Notes: generated by a model from the letters alone, not told the origin. A DNA stretch of 64,000 bases from a bacterium (GCA_037128595.1 JBAXWB010000016.1:19819-83818); one strand, 5' to 3'; shown: positions 33,040 to 41,933, counted from the stretch's first letter. Translations and numbers: made by a program.

Positions 33040-33855
33040 ATGGGCTTGGCTACACGACCGCCCCGCTATACCGCCCATAACCTCTCCAGCGCCTTCTCGC
33101 TGCGCTACGACTGGACGGGTTGGCCAAAGGAGGGAACCTCCCTGCCGCCTTCCGCAATTGATATCGCCCGCTCCCTAGCATCCCTGTGGGAGCAGGACGG
33201 ACTCCGGCTCATGGAACCACACGCCACCGCCGAAAAAATCCAACTTCTCTTCAGTGTCACCCCTGCGATCAGCCCAACCTTTTTCACGATGCGGGTGAAG
33301 GGTCGGCTCCAGCATGCCCTGCGAAAAGCGGGAACACCGGTGCAATTTAGCCGCAAGGTGTCCTTGCGTAGCCTCGGCGAGAATATCACCGCGCAGGTGG
33401 CGGGGTATCTCCATAGACAGGTCGGCAAGGAAGGTTTCGTTGACCCGCGGTTTGAGAGGATTATGAGCGAATTCACCGTAGCGTGTCCGGAGGTTGTCCT
33501 GGCGGAGCCAGCCGCCTCGAGCAGCGGGCGATATTGGTATAACCTGCATGTCGTGCTGGTCGTGGCTGATCGGTTGAGAATCACGAATCCGGTGAAGTTG
33601 GGGCTACTGCGTGATGCCGTTTTTGTCGTGGCAGAACGGACGGGTTGCCAGATTGCGGCGCTGGCGGTGATGCCAGATCATGTGCATGCGGCTGTGCGGG
33701 GGAATTACGAGATGACACCGGAGGAGATTGCGCTTGCCTTGCAGAATGGTCTGGCGCAGGCGCTTGGGTGCCGGGTGTGGCAGGACGGGTTTTATGTGGG
33801 CACGTTTAGCGAGTATGACCTGGACGTTATCCGCCGTATCGTTGGGAAATCATAA
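33040..33855 (+). CDS. Tandem double-domain Y1 (IS200-like HUH) transposase/nuclease
   Basis: 271 aa. Domain 1: SLRYDWTGWPK...EKIQLL...VKGRLQHALR...GYLHRQ; domain 2: RYWYNLHVVLV...MPDHVH...WQDGFYVGT. Codons 32899-33039 of the track ORF are hairpin-repeat DNA, so ATG 33040 is preferred. Confidence 0.82.
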   Translation: MGLATRPPRYTAHNLSSAFSLRYDWTGWPKEGTSLPPSAIDIARSLASLWEQDGLRLMEPHATAEKIQLLFSVTPAISPTFFTMRVKGRLQHALRKAGTPVQFSRKVSLRSLGENITAQVAGYLHRQVGKEGFVDPRFERIMSEFTVACPEVVLAEPAASSSGRYWYNLHVVLVVADRLRITNPVKLGLLRDAVFVVAERTGCQIAALAVMPDHVHAAVRGNYEMTPEEIALALQNGLAQALGCRVWQDGFYVGTFSEYDLDVIRRIVGKS

Positions 33856-34048
33856 TCTCCTGTCGGGCAAGCCGACAGGGGGATAATCATAATCTCCTGT
33901 CAGGTAAGCCGACAGGGGGATATGCTCCCGGGCGGGCAAGCCGAGAGGGGGATATGCTCCCGGCGGGCAAGCCGACAGGGGGATATGTTCCCGGCGGGCA
34001 AGCCGGCAACAGTGGATGTGCGCTCCCGACGGGCTTGTCCCGTCGGGG
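33849..34048. repeat. Right tandem hairpin array of the Y1 element (5 direct units plus 1 inverted unit)
   Basis: Units of 31-37 bp with core CTCC(T/C)G(T/G)CGG-GCAAG-CCGACAGGGGGA starting near 33857, 33894, 33925, 33957, 33988, then inverted CCCGACGGG-CTTGT-CCCGTCGGG (34025-34047). Confidence 0.92.
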
Positions 34049-34159
34049 CGGGAAAGTTTGTTTGCTTGCACTTGTCATGTAGCCCGCACTGTGCTGCATT
34101 ATGGGCATAAACCTCGGCATATAGGGGCGGCGTCACTTATGCATGAAAACCAACGTGTG

Positions 34160-35554
34160 CTAGTTCCTGGTCGGAAGTGAGGAAATTTCGACAACGTGAT
34201 AGGGGCCCTGATTGAATACCGGTTTAGCCGAGGCCGGCGGCTTCCACGGGAAGGGATCGGAATAGATCACCAGACTGCCGGGCTTGAGTGGTTTCGGGGC
34301 AAGCGGCAGCGGGGTAGGCCAATAGCCGGCTTTTAAAAACACCGTGCTTTCGTCAATGGCGGTCATGGCGGCAGATACCACACACGTTCGATCCTGCAAC
34401 CGGGCCCACTCCACTAAGGCGGTCAGATCTTTTTCCGGAGGCTTCTGGAATTGGATGGGCAGGAGGTGGATGGCCAGACTCAGGGCCACGACCAGCAGGG
34501 CGGTGAGGGGGAGGCCGCACCGGTACCAGTGACGCAGGGGGCGCCAGCCCCAGGTGGCGATCCCATAAGCCGAGATCATGGCCAGCATGGGGTAAAGCGG
34601 GAGTTCATAGCGGGGCCGCTTGTCCGGGAACAGGGTCAGGCTAACTGCCCAGAGGCCTGCCCATACCGACGCCATCCAAAGCATCTGGCGGTGATGCCGG
34701 GAGACGGGTCCCTGCCACCAGCGGAACAGGCCTGCGAACAGGGCAATCATCCAGGGCCAATAGGACCGCCCGATTTCAATGGCGTAATACCAGACGGGCT
34801 CGCGGTTGCGATATCCCTGCAGCCGGGCCACCACTTCATGGCCGAAGTATTGCTGGACGAAACGGTCGCCGTAGAGGTGAATCATGGAGGCGTGCCACGG
34901 CAGGGCCACGAGCAGGGCGGTAAACATGACGGTCAGCACCGGAATGAGGGAGGGCCGCTCTCGGTGTTGTCTGCCGATCAATAGCCAGCCGAGAAGAATG
35001 GGGAGCAGCATGAGCGCCATCAGCGGTTTGCACATGAGGGCCAGACCTAGCGGGAGGCCTGCGAGCCAGAACAGGTGCCGGTGTGGGCTTTTCGCGGCCG
35101 CTATCCAGATCCAGGCGGCGGCCAGCATGAACAGGAGTTGCCACATATCGAGACAGATTTCCCGTGAGCGGCGGAAAAATTCATAGCTCAAGGCCATGAT
35201 GCACCCGGTGAGCAGGGCGACGGCTCTTCCTGACAGGCGGCGGGTAATGCCAATGGTGAGGATCACGCATCCTGCGGCGGCGAATATGCCAGGGAGGCGT
35301 ACGGCGGCCAGGGTGATGCCAAACAGATGCAGGAAGAGACCGTGAATCCAGAATACCAGAGGCGGCTTGTTGAAATAGGGGACGGCGGGATGTTCGTGCG
35401 GTGTCCAGAACAGGGCCGGGTTCTGCCAGGCTTGCAGCCCCACGGCGGCATAATGCGCCGTTTCAATCCGGAAATCGCCCTGTTCAAGATGAGGCAGGGT
35501 GACCGCCAGCAGGAGCAGGACCGGCAACGCATAGATCCAAAATCGTCGTTTCAT
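34160..35554 (-). CDS. ArnT/PMT (GT39-like) membrane glycosyltransferase
   Basis: ETAHYA, YFNKPPLVFW, AVRLPGI, GLALMCK, REPVWYY, KRPRYELPLYP. Confidence 0.85.
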   Translation of the reverse strand: MKRRFWIYALPVLLLLAVTLPHLEQGDFRIETAHYAAVGLQAWQNPALFWTPHEHPAVPYFNKPPLVFWIHGLFLHLFGITLAAVRLPGIFAAAGCVILTIGITRRLSGRAVALLTGCIMALSYEFFRRSREICLDMWQLLFMLAAAWIWIAAAKSPHRHLFWLAGLPLGLALMCKPLMALMLLPILLGWLLIGRQHRERPSLIPVLTVMFTALLVALPWHASMIHLYGDRFVQQYFGHEVVARLQGYRNREPVWYYAIEIGRSYWPWMIALFAGLFRWWQGPVSRHHRQMLWMASVWAGLWAVSLTLFPDKRPRYELPLYPMLAMISAYGIATWGWRPLRHWYRCGLPLTALLVVALSLAIHLLPIQFQKPPEKDLTALVEWARLQDRTCVVSAAMTAIDESTVFLKAGYWPTPLPLAPKPLKPGSLVIYSDPFPWKPPASAKPVFNQGPYHVVEISSLPTRN

Positions 35555-35614
35555 AAGGATTGGTGCGTTGGAAGATATTGCATCTGGAGTCGGCTTGCAC
35601 TAATTTTCTGGGAT

Positions 35615-36805
35615 ATGTTAACCACGCACATCGGGAAAACAATCGAGGAACGGGCCTTTGCCGCCCTGCTGGCGACGCTCTTCGCCATCACCTTCTCGAT
35701 TGCACTGGGACAACTGTTCGCCGGCATCTGTCTGGGCCTCTTCCTCCTGGGCCTTTTCAGGAAACAGATTGTGTGGCGTAGTCCGCCCGGTAGCATGTGG
35801 GCGGTGGCCTTTATTGTCCTGGCAGTCATTCTCTCCGCCAGCCACGGGGAGGCGGCGGGACTGTGGCGGCGGGTCAGCCGGCTAGGCTGGTTTATCCTGA
35901 TCCCGGTCACCGCTTCACTGGTGAACCGGCCGGGGCGTGACTGGAAAGTGATCGCGGCGTTTCTGGCGGGAGCGGCGGTACTCGGGGTCAAGGATCTCGT
36001 GCTCTACCCGATTCTGGCCGGGCTCAAGCCGGTACCGGATTACCTTACGGCGCTCATTGATAAGGGATCGATGACGGATGGCCAGATGCTGATGCTGGGC
36101 GTTGTGGGGACGGTGTTGGTTCTAGTGATGGCGATTAAGGATCGTCGATCCATCCCCTGGTGGGGCTGGGTGCTCCTGCTGGCGCAGGTGGCGGGGTTGC
36201 TGATCAACTTCAAGCGGGGCTCCTGGTTCTGCGCGCTGATTCTGATCGGCATCATGGTGTTAATGCAGCTCCGGTGGCGCGCCTGGCTGGTCATGGTGAT
36301 AGGGGTGGTGATTTTTTGCGCCCTTCCGCCGGTTCAGACCCGGATGGGTCAATTGAAACGGGAATTTAATGTGGAGGGTGGTGGCCGGTTGACCATGTGG
36401 TTTAAAATTGCGCCCACCTTGATTCAGGAACACCCGGCCGGGCTAGGCTACGGCTGTTTGACCAACGATCAGATGCGGCAGGTGTTCAAACGGGTGGAGC
36501 CAAATCGGAATCACCTGCATGCCAATTGGGCGCAAGTGCTGGTTGAGACAGGCTGGGCGGGGCTGGCGCTGTATCTGGCCTGGATGGCGAAAATGCTGCT
36601 CAATAAACTGGCTTGGATCAGGCGCGTCCGGGGGAGAACGCTGGAGGAACGCGGGGTGGCGTGGGTGGCTTTTACCCTGCTGGTCGGTCTTTTGTTAAAT
36701 GGCCTGGTCGAGTATAATTTTGGAGACACCGAACTGGTCTTTATTTATGCTTTTCTCATGGGGTTAACAGGAGCTTGCAACAGCAAGTCTGAGTCAGTAA
36801 AGTGA
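35615..36805 (+). CDS. O-antigen ligase (WaaL-like) family protein
   Basis: Multi-TM; INFKRGSW, GRLTMW, HPAGLGYG, HLHANWAQVLVETGWAG. Confidence 0.85.
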   Translation: MLTTHIGKTIEERAFAALLATLFAITFSIALGQLFAGICLGLFLLGLFRKQIVWRSPPGSMWAVAFIVLAVILSASHGEAAGLWRRVSRLGWFILIPVTASLVNRPGRDWKVIAAFLAGAAVLGVKDLVLYPILAGLKPVPDYLTALIDKGSMTDGQMLMLGVVGTVLVLVMAIKDRRSIPWWGWVLLLAQVAGLLINFKRGSWFCALILIGIMVLMQLRWRAWLVMVIGVVIFCALPPVQTRMGQLKREFNVEGGGRLTMWFKIAPTLIQEHPAGLGYGCLTNDQMRQVFKRVEPNRNHLHANWAQVLVETGWAGLALYLAWMAKMLLNKLAWIRRVRGRTLEERGVAWVAFTLLVGLLLNGLVEYNFGDTELVFIYAFLMGLTGACNSKSESVK

Positions 36806-37218
36806 CGCGCATTATGAAGCAGGACGAAAAATCTAAAGGTAAACCGGCATTGAGTTCGGTGTTGATTCAGACCGGGGTCCCGGCGGCGGTCGGACTGGTT
36901 TTCTTTCTGGTGGGCAAGCTGATAGCCGCGAAGGTGTTGTGGGGCGTCAGCGGGGTGTTACTCATTTCCGGGTTATTCATTCCTCCCGTGTTCAACCGGA
37001 TTGAGCAGTTCGGGCGTTGGTTCGGGAAGTGGGCGGGACTAGTCATCACCTGGGTCCTGCTGGTGCCTCTATTCTTCCTCGTGTTTCTGCCCGGGCGCTT
37101 GATCTTGATGGTGCGCGGGATTGATCCGATGTGCCGGAAATTCCCGACGGATGCGCCCACCTATTGGGTCCCCCGCAAGCCGGTTACGAATCTCGAAGAA
37201 TATAAGAGGCAATTCTGA
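36802..37218 (+). CDS. SxtJ-like membrane protein
   Basis: WFGKWAGLVITWVLLVPLFFLVFLPGRLILMVRGIDPM...TYW...YKRQF, the typical partner upstream of a carbamoyltransferase. Confidence 0.75.
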   Translation: MTRIMKQDEKSKGKPALSSVLIQTGVPAAVGLVFFLVGKLIAAKVLWGVSGVLLISGLFIPPVFNRIEQFGRWFGKWAGLVITWVLLVPLFFLVFLPGRLILMVRGIDPMCRKFPTDAPTYWVPRKPVTNLEEYKRQF

Positions 37219-39047
37219 TGAATATTCTTGGAATCAGCGCGTTCTATCATGATTCTGCGGCGGCTCTGGTGTGTGACGGCGAAATCATCGCCGCCGCGCA
37301 GGAAGAGCGGTTTACCCGGAAAAAACACGACCCCAATTTCCCGTTGAATGCGGTCAAGTACTGCCTCGCAGAACTTGAAAAGCGCGGCGGCACCTTGGAT
37401 GCCGTCACCTTTTATGACAAACCCATCCGCAAGTTTGAACGGATTTTAAAGACGTACTTCAGTACGGCGCCTGCGGGCTTACCCTCCTTTATGATGGCCA
37501 TACCACTCTGGCTCAAGGAGAAGCTCTGGATCCCCATGGAGATCGAGGAAGCGCTTGAGAAGTGCGGGCTGAAAACCATTCCGCCGATCTACTTCCCCGA
37601 GCATCACGAGTCCCATGCCGCCAGTGCCTTTTTCCCGTCTCCTTTCCAGAAAGCCGCGATCCTGACGCTGGATGGAGTGGGGGAGTGGGCCACGAGCACC
37701 ATTGGCCTGGGCGATGGCAATAAGCTGGAGATCCTGCAGGATTTACATTTCCCGCATTCACTCGGGTTACTCTATTCGGCTTTTACCTATTTCTGCGGGT
37801 TCCGTGTCAATTCAGGTGAGTACAAACTGATGGGGTTGGCGCCGTATGGCGAGCCGAAGTATGTGGATGTCATCTGGGACAATCTCCTGGATATGCGTGA
37901 CGACGGCTCCTTCCGGCTGAATTTGAAGTATTTCGGGTTTGTCGATGGGCTCACCATGACCAATGACGCCTTTGCCGGGCTCTTTGGCGGGCCGGCCCGC
38001 TCCTCCGAGAGCGAAATCACCCAGCGTGAAATGGACATTGCCCGTTCCATTCAGGTCGTGACCGAGGAAATTGTGATCCGCATGGCGCGTCACGCCAAGA
38101 AGATCACAGGGGCGGATTATTTGTGTATGGCGGGCGGGGTGGCGCTGAACTGCGTGGCCAATGGCCGACTTCTGCGGGAAGGTATTTTCAAGGACATCTG
38201 GATTCAGCCAGCGGCCGGGGATGCCGGGGGCGCCTTGGGGGCGGCCCTCATGGTGGCTTACCAGGTCAAGCAGCACCCACGTCAGGCGGACAATGTGCAT
38301 GACTTCATGAAGGGCTCGCTCCTGGGGCCGGACATTGAGGATGCGGCCGTGGACGCCTTTCTCAAGGCGAATCACTATCCCGGCCACAAGTTCGAGCGTC
38401 AGCCCTGGGCGGCTGAGATTGCCCGGCTCATTGCCGCGGAAAATGTCATTGGACTGGTTCAGGGGCGGATGGAATTCGGGCCCCGTGCGTTGGGGGCGCG
38501 CTCGATTATCGGGGATGCCCGTTCACAGAAAATGCAGTCGGTGATGAACCTGAAGATCAAATACCGGGAATCGTTCCGGCCCTTTGCTCCGGCCTGTCTG
38601 GCGGAACGGGTGAGTGACTACTTCGAGTTGGACCGGCCGTCTCCTTATATGTTGCTGGTGGCACAGGTCCAAAAAGCGCGTTGCAAAGGTCTGGAGGAGG
38701 CCGGCCGGCTTTCGATCCGGGATCGCATCAATCAGGTGCGGTCGGATATTCCCGCCATTACGCATGTGGATTATTCGGCCCGGGTGCAGACGGTGTCGCC
38801 GGAGAGTAATGCCGGGTATTACGCCATTATCAAGGCCTTCGACCAACAGACCGGGTACGGGGTGATCATCAATACCTCATTCAATGTCCGGGGTGAGCCG
38901 ATTGTGTCGACCCCGGAGGATGCCTATCGCTGTTTCATGCGGACCGAGATGGATTATCTGGTCCTGGGCTCATTTATATTGTCGAAAAAAGAACAACCGC
39001 CCTGGCAGGACAAGGCCAATTGGCGGACGGAATACGCATTAGATTAA
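37218..39047 (+). CDS. NodU/CmcH-family O-carbamoyltransferase
   Basis: ILGISAFYHDSAA, EERFTRKKH, EHHESHAASAF, GEYKLMGLAPYG, EFGPRALGARS, RESFRPFAP, INTSFNVRGEP. Confidence 0.95.
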   Translation: MNILGISAFYHDSAAALVCDGEIIAAAQEERFTRKKHDPNFPLNAVKYCLAELEKRGGTLDAVTFYDKPIRKFERILKTYFSTAPAGLPSFMMAIPLWLKEKLWIPMEIEEALEKCGLKTIPPIYFPEHHESHAASAFFPSPFQKAAILTLDGVGEWATSTIGLGDGNKLEILQDLHFPHSLGLLYSAFTYFCGFRVNSGEYKLMGLAPYGEPKYVDVIWDNLLDMRDDGSFRLNLKYFGFVDGLTMTNDAFAGLFGGPARSSESEITQREMDIARSIQVVTEEIVIRMARHAKKITGADYLCMAGGVALNCVANGRLLREGIFKDIWIQPAAGDAGGALGAALMVAYQVKQHPRQADNVHDFMKGSLLGPDIEDAAVDAFLKANHYPGHKFERQPWAAEIARLIAAENVIGLVQGRMEFGPRALGARSIIGDARSQKMQSVMNLKIKYRESFRPFAPACLAERVSDYFELDRPSPYMLLVAQVQKARCKGLEEAGRLSIRDRINQVRSDIPAITHVDYSARVQTVSPESNAGYYAIIKAFDQQTGYGVIINTSFNVRGEPIVSTPEDAYRCFMRTEMDYLVLGSFILSKKEQPPWQDKANWRTEYALD

Positions 39048-39056
39048 GGAATACCC

Positions 39057-39221
39057 ATGCGCTTTTTAAAACATCTGGGACGGTTGCTTAAGGAGTTTGG
39101 GGATTTTGCCTGGCATAACAAGGCCTGGTGGATCATCCCGGTGGTTCTGGTTCTCCTCCTGCTGGGAATCTTTATCGTCGCCGGCCAGGCCGTGGCACCG
39201 TTCATCTATACGCTGTTCTAA
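39057..39221 (+). CDS. SxtK/DUF5989-like small membrane protein (54 aa)
   Basis: Manual translation MRFLKHLGRLLKEFGDFAWHNKAWWIIPVVLVLLLLGIFIVAGQAVAPFIYTLF*; SD AAGGA; ends in APFIYTLF. Below the ORF-track cutoff. Confidence 0.88.
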   Translation: MRFLKHLGRLLKEFGDFAWHNKAWWIIPVVLVLLLLGIFIVAGQAVAPFIYTLF

Positions 39222-39234
39222 GTCTGATAAAACA

Positions 39235-39308
39235 GGTTTTGACAGAGCAAAACCCTCCATTCAGGAACGTGAAATTCTTTTAATGGAGGGCGCCGCTCTG
39301 TCGGCGCC
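39235..39308. repeat. REP-like doublet (type A reverse, type B forward)
   Basis: GGTTTTGACAGAGCAAAACCCTCCA 39235-39259; TGGAGGGCGCCGCTCTGTCGGCGCC 39284-39308. Confidence 0.85.
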
Positions 39309-39314
39309 GGGGGC

Positions 39315-40028
39315 TCACGACCGCTTAATCAAGCTGGCATCCAGCTGGAGCAGGTAGCGTTTCCGGTACCAGACAAAGCCGAACAGGTCGAAAATCGTCC
39401 GGGGCAATCGCTTCATGTTGGTATACTTCGAGGCCCCCATGGTCCGTGCGCGGTGATCCACGGCGACTTCCTTGATTTTCCGGCCATTGAGTTTGAAATA
39501 GGCAGGCATGAAGCGGTGTACCCCTTCCACATGCGGCAGGTCGCTGACGCAGGCCTTGCGGAACACCTTGAGGCTGCAGCCCGTGTCACGGATGCCATCA
39601 TGGGTCGCCCAGTTGCGGACGCGATTGGCGAGGCGTGAGCCCACCCGCCGGGCCCAGGTGTCCTTGCGCTTGGCCCGGAACCCGCACACCGAGTCATAAC
39701 CGTTGAGTTCCTCGAGCATGCGGGGGATATCGGCCGGATTATTCTGAAGATCCCCGTCAATGGTCACCAGAATGTCGCCGGCCGCCATCTGGAGCCCGAC
39801 AAGCATCGCATGACTCTGGCCGCGGTTCTGGTCGTAGTGAATGCCCCGGACCGTTGAGAAGCGGGTTTGCGCTTCCAGAATGCGGGCCCAGGTCTCATCG
39901 CGACTGCCGTCATCGACCAGCAGGACTTCGAGATTGGGAATCACGCTGTGGAGTTTGTGCAGTTCTCCGGCAAGGGGCAACACATTGTCCTGTTCGTTAT
40001 AGACCGGAGCCACAATGGAAACGTTCAT
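39315..40028 (-). CDS. GT2 glycosyltransferase (polyprenol-phosphate sugar synthase/ArnC-like)
   Basis: VSIVAPVYNEQDN, VDDGSRD, NRGQS, IDGDLQNNPADIP, DTGCSLK, HRFMP. Confidence 0.88.
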   Translation of the reverse strand: MNVSIVAPVYNEQDNVLPLAGELHKLHSVIPNLEVLLVDDGSRDETWARILEAQTRFSTVRGIHYDQNRGQSHAMLVGLQMAAGDILVTIDGDLQNNPADIPRMLEELNGYDSVCGFRAKRKDTWARRVGSRLANRVRNWATHDGIRDTGCSLKVFRKACVSDLPHVEGVHRFMPAYFKLNGRKIKEVAVDHRARTMGASKYTNMKRLPRTIFDLFGFVWYRKRYLLQLDASLIKRS

Positions 40029-40033
40029 AGGGG

Positions 40034-40906
40034 TTAATACTCCTGTGCAGGGATGTACTGGTCGGAAAAAGTGAGATCCAGATTCACCAGGCGGCGGCCG
40101 CGTTCCTCGGAGGCGCGCAACGCGCTGGCCAGGGTGACCAGTTTGTGTTCGACCTTTTGCCGGAGATCGGGAAGATTCTGATCCATGTTTTCCCACCCGA
40201 CTTTGATCTTTTCGCCCGCCGTCAGGTGCATCTCGAGATAGTCTTTGGTGCTCACGTCAAGGGTGGCAATTTTAATCTGCTCTCCCAATTTCGACCGGTT
40301 ACAGAGATCGATGATTTCAATCGCATTCATGGCCGATTGGTCGACGCGGGCGCCGGGCTTGAGGCCTGCCTCGGAGCCGGTGATCACGGGATAATCGCGG
40401 CCGCCCGCCCGGAGATTGAACACGCACCCCTCGCGGTCCACGGCTAGCGTGCCCCAGCGGCCCAACCGGGCAAGCGGGATCCGCTCGACGACCTCAATGA
40501 TCAACGTGTCGGGGAGATGGCGTTGGAGTTTGACCGATTTGGCGATGGGGGCCTTGCGCAGGAAATCGGAACGCAGGGAATACAGATTTGAGGAAAACAG
40601 GTTGGTCCCTTCGCCAATGCGCATATACTCCCGGACATGCGCCGGGGAGATCGTAGGGCCCTCAATATGAATCTCAAGCTTTTGAATCGTATATTTCGGG
40701 TTTTCCCAGAACAGCACGGCCCCGAGTTTCCAGGTCAGCAGGGCCCCCATGCCAATGGCAATGACGCCTGCCAGTGGAATCCAGACGATTTTCGGCAGGG
40801 GCGGTTTTTTGTCGTTCAACCGCTGGTCGCGCCGGGTATTGATTTTCGAGGAATCGCCACGGCGCCCTTTATCCGAATCCGCCCCATCCTTCTGCTTAAA
40901 CCACAT
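40034..40906 (-). CDS. ftsQ: Cell division protein FtsQ/DivIB
   Basis: Basic N-terminus, one TM, POTRA-like region (VKLQRHLPDTLIIEVVERIPLA), directly after ddl. Confidence 0.75.
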   Translation of the reverse strand: MWFKQKDGADSDKGRRGDSSKINTRRDQRLNDKKPPLPKIVWIPLAGVIAIGMGALLTWKLGAVLFWENPKYTIQKLEIHIEGPTISPAHVREYMRIGEGTNLFSSNLYSLRSDFLRKAPIAKSVKLQRHLPDTLIIEVVERIPLARLGRWGTLAVDREGCVFNLRAGGRDYPVITGSEAGLKPGARVDQSAMNAIEIIDLCNRSKLGEQIKIATLDVSTKDYLEMHLTAGEKIKVGWENMDQNLPDLRQKVEHKLVTLASALRASEERGRRLVNLDLTFSDQYIPAQEY

Positions 40907-41837
40907 GGCGTCCTCCCACAGGCGGTGAGACCTTCGATTCCAGCGTGGCCATTTCCATAATCTGCCGGCAGAGCTCAGGGAATCCGATTCCCGCCGCGAG
41001 CGCCGCCTCCGGGAGCAGGCTGGTTTCCGTGAAGCCGGGAATATTATTGAGTTCCAATACGAACAATTCGCCGGATTCGGTCAGCCGGAAGTCCACCCGA
41101 CCCAAGCCCCGGCAACCGAGCGCGTTAAAGGTATGGAGGGCAATCGCCCGGGCTCGGTCCGCTATCTCCTGATCCAGGGGGGCCGGGCAGAGATGCCGGG
41201 AATGGCCCTTGCTGTATTTGGCGTCGAAATCGTACCAGCCGTCCGGTGCCAGAATTTCGATGGCGGGCAGGGCGGTCTGGCCCACGATGCCGACCGTCAA
41301 TTCACGCCCCGGAATAAAGGCTTCAGCGATAATTTCGCCGTCATACCGGAGCGATTCACGAAACGCGGCGGCCCATTCCTCCGGGCGGCTGACTTTAAAG
41401 ATTCCAATGGTTGAGCCCTGACAGGGCGGCTTGACCACAATCGGCAGGGGGAGGGTGAGGTGTCCGGCCGGGCCAAGGGTCTCGTAAGGCGCGGTCGGAA
41501 TACCGGCCTGTACGAACACCGCTTTGCTTAGCCGCTTGTCAAAAGAGATCCGGCTGGCATTCGGGCCGGAGCCGGTGTAGGGGAGGTGTCGGGCCTCGAG
41601 GAGTGCCTGGATCTGGCCATCCTCGCCAAACTCGCCATGCAGGGCGACAAATACGGCGTCGACGGGCTCAGGAAGCTCCAGGGACCGGCCTGTGACATCC
41701 ACTTCAATCACGTCATAGCCTGCGGCCCGCAGGCCACCGGCCACCGCGGTTCCGGACTTCAGGGAAATGCTGCGTTCCGAAGAGGGCCCGCCCTTGAGGA
41801 CGGCGACTTTTTTAAATTGTCCGGGTTTTGCTTTCAC
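40896..41837 (-). CDS. ddl: D-alanine-D-alanine ligase
   Basis: GGPSSERSISLKSG, LHGEFGEDG, YDFDAKY, LELNNIPGFTETSLLP. Confidence 0.95.
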   Translation of the reverse strand: MKAKPGQFKKVAVLKGGPSSERSISLKSGTAVAGGLRAAGYDVIEVDVTGRSLELPEPVDAVFVALHGEFGEDGQIQALLEARHLPYTGSGPNASRISFDKRLSKAVFVQAGIPTAPYETLGPAGHLTLPLPIVVKPPCQGSTIGIFKVSRPEEWAAAFRESLRYDGEIIAEAFIPGRELTVGIVGQTALPAIEILAPDGWYDFDAKYSKGHSRHLCPAPLDQEIADRARAIALHTFNALGCRGLGRVDFRLTESGELFVLELNNIPGFTETSLLPEAALAAGIGFPELCRQIMEMATLESKVSPPVGGRHVV

Positions 41838-41933
41838 GGTTTATCCTGAAACTAAAAATTGACGGTTTATTAAATAACGGCTGGCGCCGCTTGTCACAAG
41901 AAAATTATGAGGGGAGCTTGGGGGCGGGCGGGG

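Larger units (their letters stand above)
32940..34048 (+). mobile_element. IS200/RAYT-related element: tandem-Y1 gene bounded by related hairpin arrays, no TnpB
   Basis: Y1/HUH motifs plus same-family hairpins on both sides; ends not defined precisely. Confidence 0.7.

Noticed and set aside
33849-34048. CRISPR array
   Set aside because: Linkers are 4-10 nt and largely repeated rather than unique 25-45 nt spacers; no cas genes nearby.
33850-34136. Short ORFs across the hairpin array with repeated peptide motifs
   Set aside because: The peptide repeats are just translations of the DNA repeat in several frames; no SD support.
33856-34159. TnpB/IscB partner or omega-RNA downstream of the Y1 gene
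   Set aside because: Only about 300 bp before the convergent ArnT-like gene and no RuvC-like ORF; the repeats do not resemble a guide scaffold I can recognise.
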